The translations under genes and the position numbers were made by a program. The notes beneath the pieces are model-generated. The model saw nothing but the letters and a program-made list of their open reading frames with translations. It was not told the origin of the DNA and ran no database searches. DNA of 32,006 nucleotides, taken from Cyanobacteria bacterium Co-bin13. Its GTDB lineage: Bacteria; Cyanobacteriota; Cyanobacteriia; Phormidesmidales; Phormidesmidaceae. The DNA lies in the NCBI GenBank assembly GCA_014534385.1, contig JACVRP010000001.1, forward strand, positions 1 to 32,006, in the 5' to 3' direction. Positions 27,345 through 32,006 of the stretch are shown piece after piece (within the stretch, counting starts at the first letter, position 1; the number at the start of each line of letters is the position of its first letter).

Positions 27345-29501
27345 CTAGCCAGCCTTCTGCAGTGTCTGCGCCATAATCACAGCCTGAGTGGCCCGCTCAG
27401 GTTCGCCTGCTGCTGGTTGCCGCTGGATAAACTGCCCATCGGGCTGTAGTTCCCAGGCCTGGCGGTTGTCCTGCAAAGAGATCTCCAAAATGGTTTTGAG
27501 ATCGTCCTTCAACTTCAAATCCTCTATTGGCACAACCGCTTCTACCCGGCGATCCAGGTTGCGGGTCATCCAGTCGGCGCTGCCGATGTACACCTCCTCC
27601 TGCCCATCGTTGTGAAAGTAGAAGATGCGGGAATGCTCCAAAAATCGGCCAATGACGCTGGTGACTCGAATATTTTCGCTAACTCCCGGCAGCCCAGGCC
27701 GTAGGCAGCAGGTGCCTCGCACAATCAAATCAATTTGCACCCCTGCCTGGGAAGCCTCGTAAAGCAGCCGAATAATCTTACCGTCTACCAGGGAGTTCAT
27801 TTTGGCGATGATTTTGCCAGTGCCGCCTGCCTGGGCGTGGTCGATCTCCCGCTGGATCAGCGCCACCATGCGATCGCGCAGTGTCAGGGGAGCCACCAGT
27901 AGCTTGCGGTAGGCCCGCTGCAGCGAATAGCCGGTGAGAAAGTTAAACAAGTCGCTCAAGTCGGCCCCCACATCCTCCCGGCAGCTAAACAACCCTAGAT
28001 CTGTGTATAGCCTGGAGGTCTTAGGGTTATAGTTGCCCGTGCCAATGTGCACGTAGCGGCGGATCTCATCGCGTTCCAACCGCACAACCAGAGTCGTTTT
28101 AGTGTGAGTCTTGAGCCCAACTAAGCCATACACCACATGAACTCCAGCGTTCTCCAACTGCTTGGCCCAGACAATGTTGTTTTCCTCATCAAAGCGAGCC
28201 TTTAGCTCCACCAGTGCTACCACCTGCTTGCGGTTTTCCGCCGCCCGAATCAGCGCCTGCACAATGGGAGAATCGCCAGAGGTTCGATAGAGCGTTATCT
28301 TAATCGCCAGCACCTGGGGATCTTGAGCGGCCTGCGTAATAAACTCTTGCACCGATTTCGTGAAGGATTCGTAGGGATGGTGTACCAAAATGTCACCCTG
28401 CCGAATAGCCGCAAAGATATTGGGAGCATGCTCCACAAACACTTCCTCTCCGTTCTCATCGAGATCGACCACGGGCCGCAGCCTGGGAGGGGTAACACTG
28501 CTCCAGGGCTTGTCCTTGAGATCGGGCAGCGGCAGCGACAAAAAGAAGAACAAATCCTTTAGATTCAGCAGTCCGTCAATCTCATAGACCTCGTTCTCTG
28601 TGACCTTCAGTTCCTGCATCAGGCCCTGGCACAGATCGAGCGGCATCGTGGAGGCAACTTCTAATCTGCAGATAAAGCCAGCCAGTCGACGTTTGCTAAT
28701 TTCTTGTTCAATGGCCAGCAGCAGATCGTCAGCATCATCTTCTTTGACGGGAAAATCTGCATCTCGAGTCAGCCGAAAAAGGTGATGATCCTTGATCTTC
28801 ATGCCAGGAAACAGGAAGTCTAAATGTTCTGCAATGACCTGCTCCAGGGGCACCCCTACCCAAAGGCAAGTCTCTTCCTGATAAACGTTGAGCGGCTCTG
28901 GCAGCGTTACAAACCGAGGGAGGCTGCCGGGCACCTTTACTCGCGCCAGTTTTTGAGTGCCGTTTTCCGGATGCTCAACCCGCACAGCCAGGTTTAGGCT
29001 GAGGTTTGACATGCGAGGAAACGGGTGAGCCGGATCAACGCTTAAAGGCGTCAACACCGGAAAAATTCGCTTTTCAAAGTACGCCTTCAGGTGCACCTTT
29101 TGGGCCTGATCCAGATCGGCGTAGTCCAGCAAATAAACTCCGTGCTGCCTGAGCTCGGGGCAGAGCGTCTGCTTAAAAATGCGGTCCTGTTCAGATAGCT
29201 TTTTACCCAGGTGCAGACGAATGGCCTCAAGCTGTTGGGCAGGAGGGATACCGTCTGGCGTTTTGGGATGCACCCCTGCCTGCACCTGTTCTATCAGGCC
29301 CGACACCCGCACCATAAAAAACTCATCTAGGTTGGCACTAAAAATTGCCAGAAACTTCAAACGTTCCAGCAAAGGCGTGCGTTCGTCTAAAGCTTCATGC
29401 AGCACCCGGTCATTAAACTTCAGCCAGCTCAGATCGCGGTTGAAATAGTACTGCGGATCGTTTAAGTCGATGCTGAGTTCTGCCAGCGCTGCCTTCGTCA
29501 T
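27345..29501 (-). CDS. ppk1: Polyphosphate kinase 1
   Basis: FNRDLSWLKFNDRVL, NLDEFFMVRV, HPFP, HHPYESF, ELKARFDE, LKTHTK, HIGTGNYN, RFLEHSR, SADWMTRNLDRRVE. Confidence 0.97.
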   Translation of the reverse strand: MTKAALAELSIDLNDPQYYFNRDLSWLKFNDRVLHEALDERTPLLERLKFLAIFSANLDEFFMVRVSGLIEQVQAGVHPKTPDGIPPAQQLEAIRLHLGKKLSEQDRIFKQTLCPELRQHGVYLLDYADLDQAQKVHLKAYFEKRIFPVLTPLSVDPAHPFPRMSNLSLNLAVRVEHPENGTQKLARVKVPGSLPRFVTLPEPLNVYQEETCLWVGVPLEQVIAEHLDFLFPGMKIKDHHLFRLTRDADFPVKEDDADDLLLAIEQEISKRRLAGFICRLEVASTMPLDLCQGLMQELKVTENEVYEIDGLLNLKDLFFFLSLPLPDLKDKPWSSVTPPRLRPVVDLDENGEEVFVEHAPNIFAAIRQGDILVHHPYESFTKSVQEFITQAAQDPQVLAIKITLYRTSGDSPIVQALIRAAENRKQVVALVELKARFDEENNIVWAKQLENAGVHVVYGLVGLKTHTKTTLVVRLERDEIRRYVHIGTGNYNPKTSRLYTDLGLFSCREDVGADLSDLFNFLTGYSLQRAYRKLLVAPLTLRDRMVALIQREIDHAQAGGTGKIIAKMNSLVDGKIIRLLYEASQAGVQIDLIVRGTCCLRPGLPGVSENIRVTSVIGRFLEHSRIFYFHNDGQEEVYIGSADWMTRNLDRRVEAVVPIEDLKLKDDLKTILEISLQDNRQAWELQPDGQFIQRQPAAGEPERATQAVIMAQTLQKAG

Positions 29502-29870
29502 TACTTTACCTAAGCTTTAGCCGCAACATTGTAGGGGTTCAACTTAATCCTCAGGTTAAGATTTTTTCTCGACAACGGCCAAAGTCCGGGTTGTGGCAAT
29601 ACGTCAATAGCCTAGCCGGACCGGCAGAAGGCTAGCGCGCTGAGGCCGGCCCAAACTGGCTAAGTCCGTTTGCTATTTAGGCGGGAGAAAACCTCGCAGC
29701 TTACGCAGCCTCAGCAGACAGGGGAACTTTAGAAGACTTTTGGCATAAATCCTTCTCGATAAATATTTCGCCTTGGAAACCTCAACCCTGAGGGCCTTTC
29801 GCAGTCTCTTTAAAGTTCGTTACGGGGAATCATTCGGTGATAATCTGGAGGGTGGCGCTTTGGAACGTAA

Positions 29871-31376
<1,506 letters not shown>

Positions 31377-31382
31377 ACCTGC

Positions 31383-31429
31383 CGCTGCCGCTAGCTTTTC
31401 CGGTACTACCTCAAAAGCTAGCGGTGGCG
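31383..31429 (+). other. Stem-loop in the atpD-atpC spacer
   Basis: CGCTGCCGCTAGCTTTT ... AAAAGCTAGCGGTGGCG: a 17-bp stem with two G-U pairs. Confidence 0.6.
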
Positions 31430-31470
31430 CGGTCGATGCGTTGTCTATCACAGGGGTTCTTAAAACTGCT

Positions 31471-31878
31471 ATGCCATTAACCGTGCGCGTCGTTGCGCCA
31501 GATAAGACGGTGTGGGATTCTCCCGCTGAAGAAGTAATTTTGCCCAGCACCACAGGGCAACTCGGTATTTTGAGCGGTCACGCTCCCCTGCTCACAGCTT
31601 TAGATGTTGGCGTAATGCGCGTTCGGGCTGATAGAGAGTGGGTTGCGATCGCACTCATGGGTGGTTTCGCCGAAGTTGAAGCAGACGAGGTCACAATTCT
31701 CGTCAACGGCGCTGAGCGAGGCGACAAAATTGATCGAGAAACGGCCCGTCAAGCCTATGACGAAGCCCAGACTCGCATGAACCAGGTTTCTGTCGACGAT
31801 CGGCAGGCCACCATTCAGGCGAAGCAGTCGCTCAAGCGGGCGCGGGCGCGGCTGCAGGCTGCAGGCGGCTCAATTTAG
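31471..31878 (+). CDS. atpC: F0F1 ATP synthase subunit epsilon
   Basis: [16 protein letters not shown]...[22 protein letters not shown]...MGGFAEV...[11 protein letters not shown] at 31471. Confidence 0.97.
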   Translation: MPLTVRVVAPDKTVWDSPAEEVILPSTTGQLGILSGHAPLLTALDVGVMRVRADREWVAIALMGGFAEVEADEVTILVNGAERGDKIDRETARQAYDEAQTRMNQVSVDDRQATIQAKQSLKRARARLQAAGGSI

Positions 31879-31901
31879 CTTGGGCTCAGTCTAAATGTTT
31901 A

Positions 31902-31931
31902 GAAGTGGGTTTGGCTTTGCCCACCCACTTC
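31902..31931. terminator. Possible terminator hairpin after atpC
   Basis: GAAGTGGGT...ACCCACTTC, a 9-bp stem with a weak U-tract. Confidence 0.4.
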
Positions 31932-32006
31932 CGAAATTAATGACCAAGTGGCTAATCCCATAAAAAATATATGTCAGAACAGACAGAGATTTTTAAGGTT
32001 AAAAGA

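Overview
This is a core-genome window from a beta-cyanobacterium: GC-rich, at least 19 HIP1 GCGATCGC octamers, and probably a filamentous Leptolyngbya/Nodosilinea-like strain (the taxon is an inference). It begins with the main beta-carboxysome operon ccmK2-K1-L-M-N-O (+), with no rbcLXS after it, converging on fbp-zwf-opcA (-). Next come mnmG and cysH (-), a glutaredoxin-like gene and murE (+), and a sensor kinase-like gene with His->Gln at its phospho-acceptor site (+). That gene converges on a Hik2/CSK-type kinase (-). The rest is a ComFB-like small gene (-), an alpha/beta-hydrolase-like hypothetical, ilvB with a C-terminal zinc ribbon, an ftsL-like gene and ftsI (+), pcyA-gmk (-), an AI-2E transporter (+), ppk1 (-) and atpD-atpC (+). 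I found no rRNA, tRNA, CRISPR array, prophage or transposase, and no clearly new multi-gene system. The best leads are residue-level or non-coding: a His-less kinase facing a kinase with a degenerate ATPase domain, a probably inactive CcmM gamma-CA domain, REP-like palindromes at convergent gene ends, a candidate NtcA box and a palindromic operator upstream of cysH.
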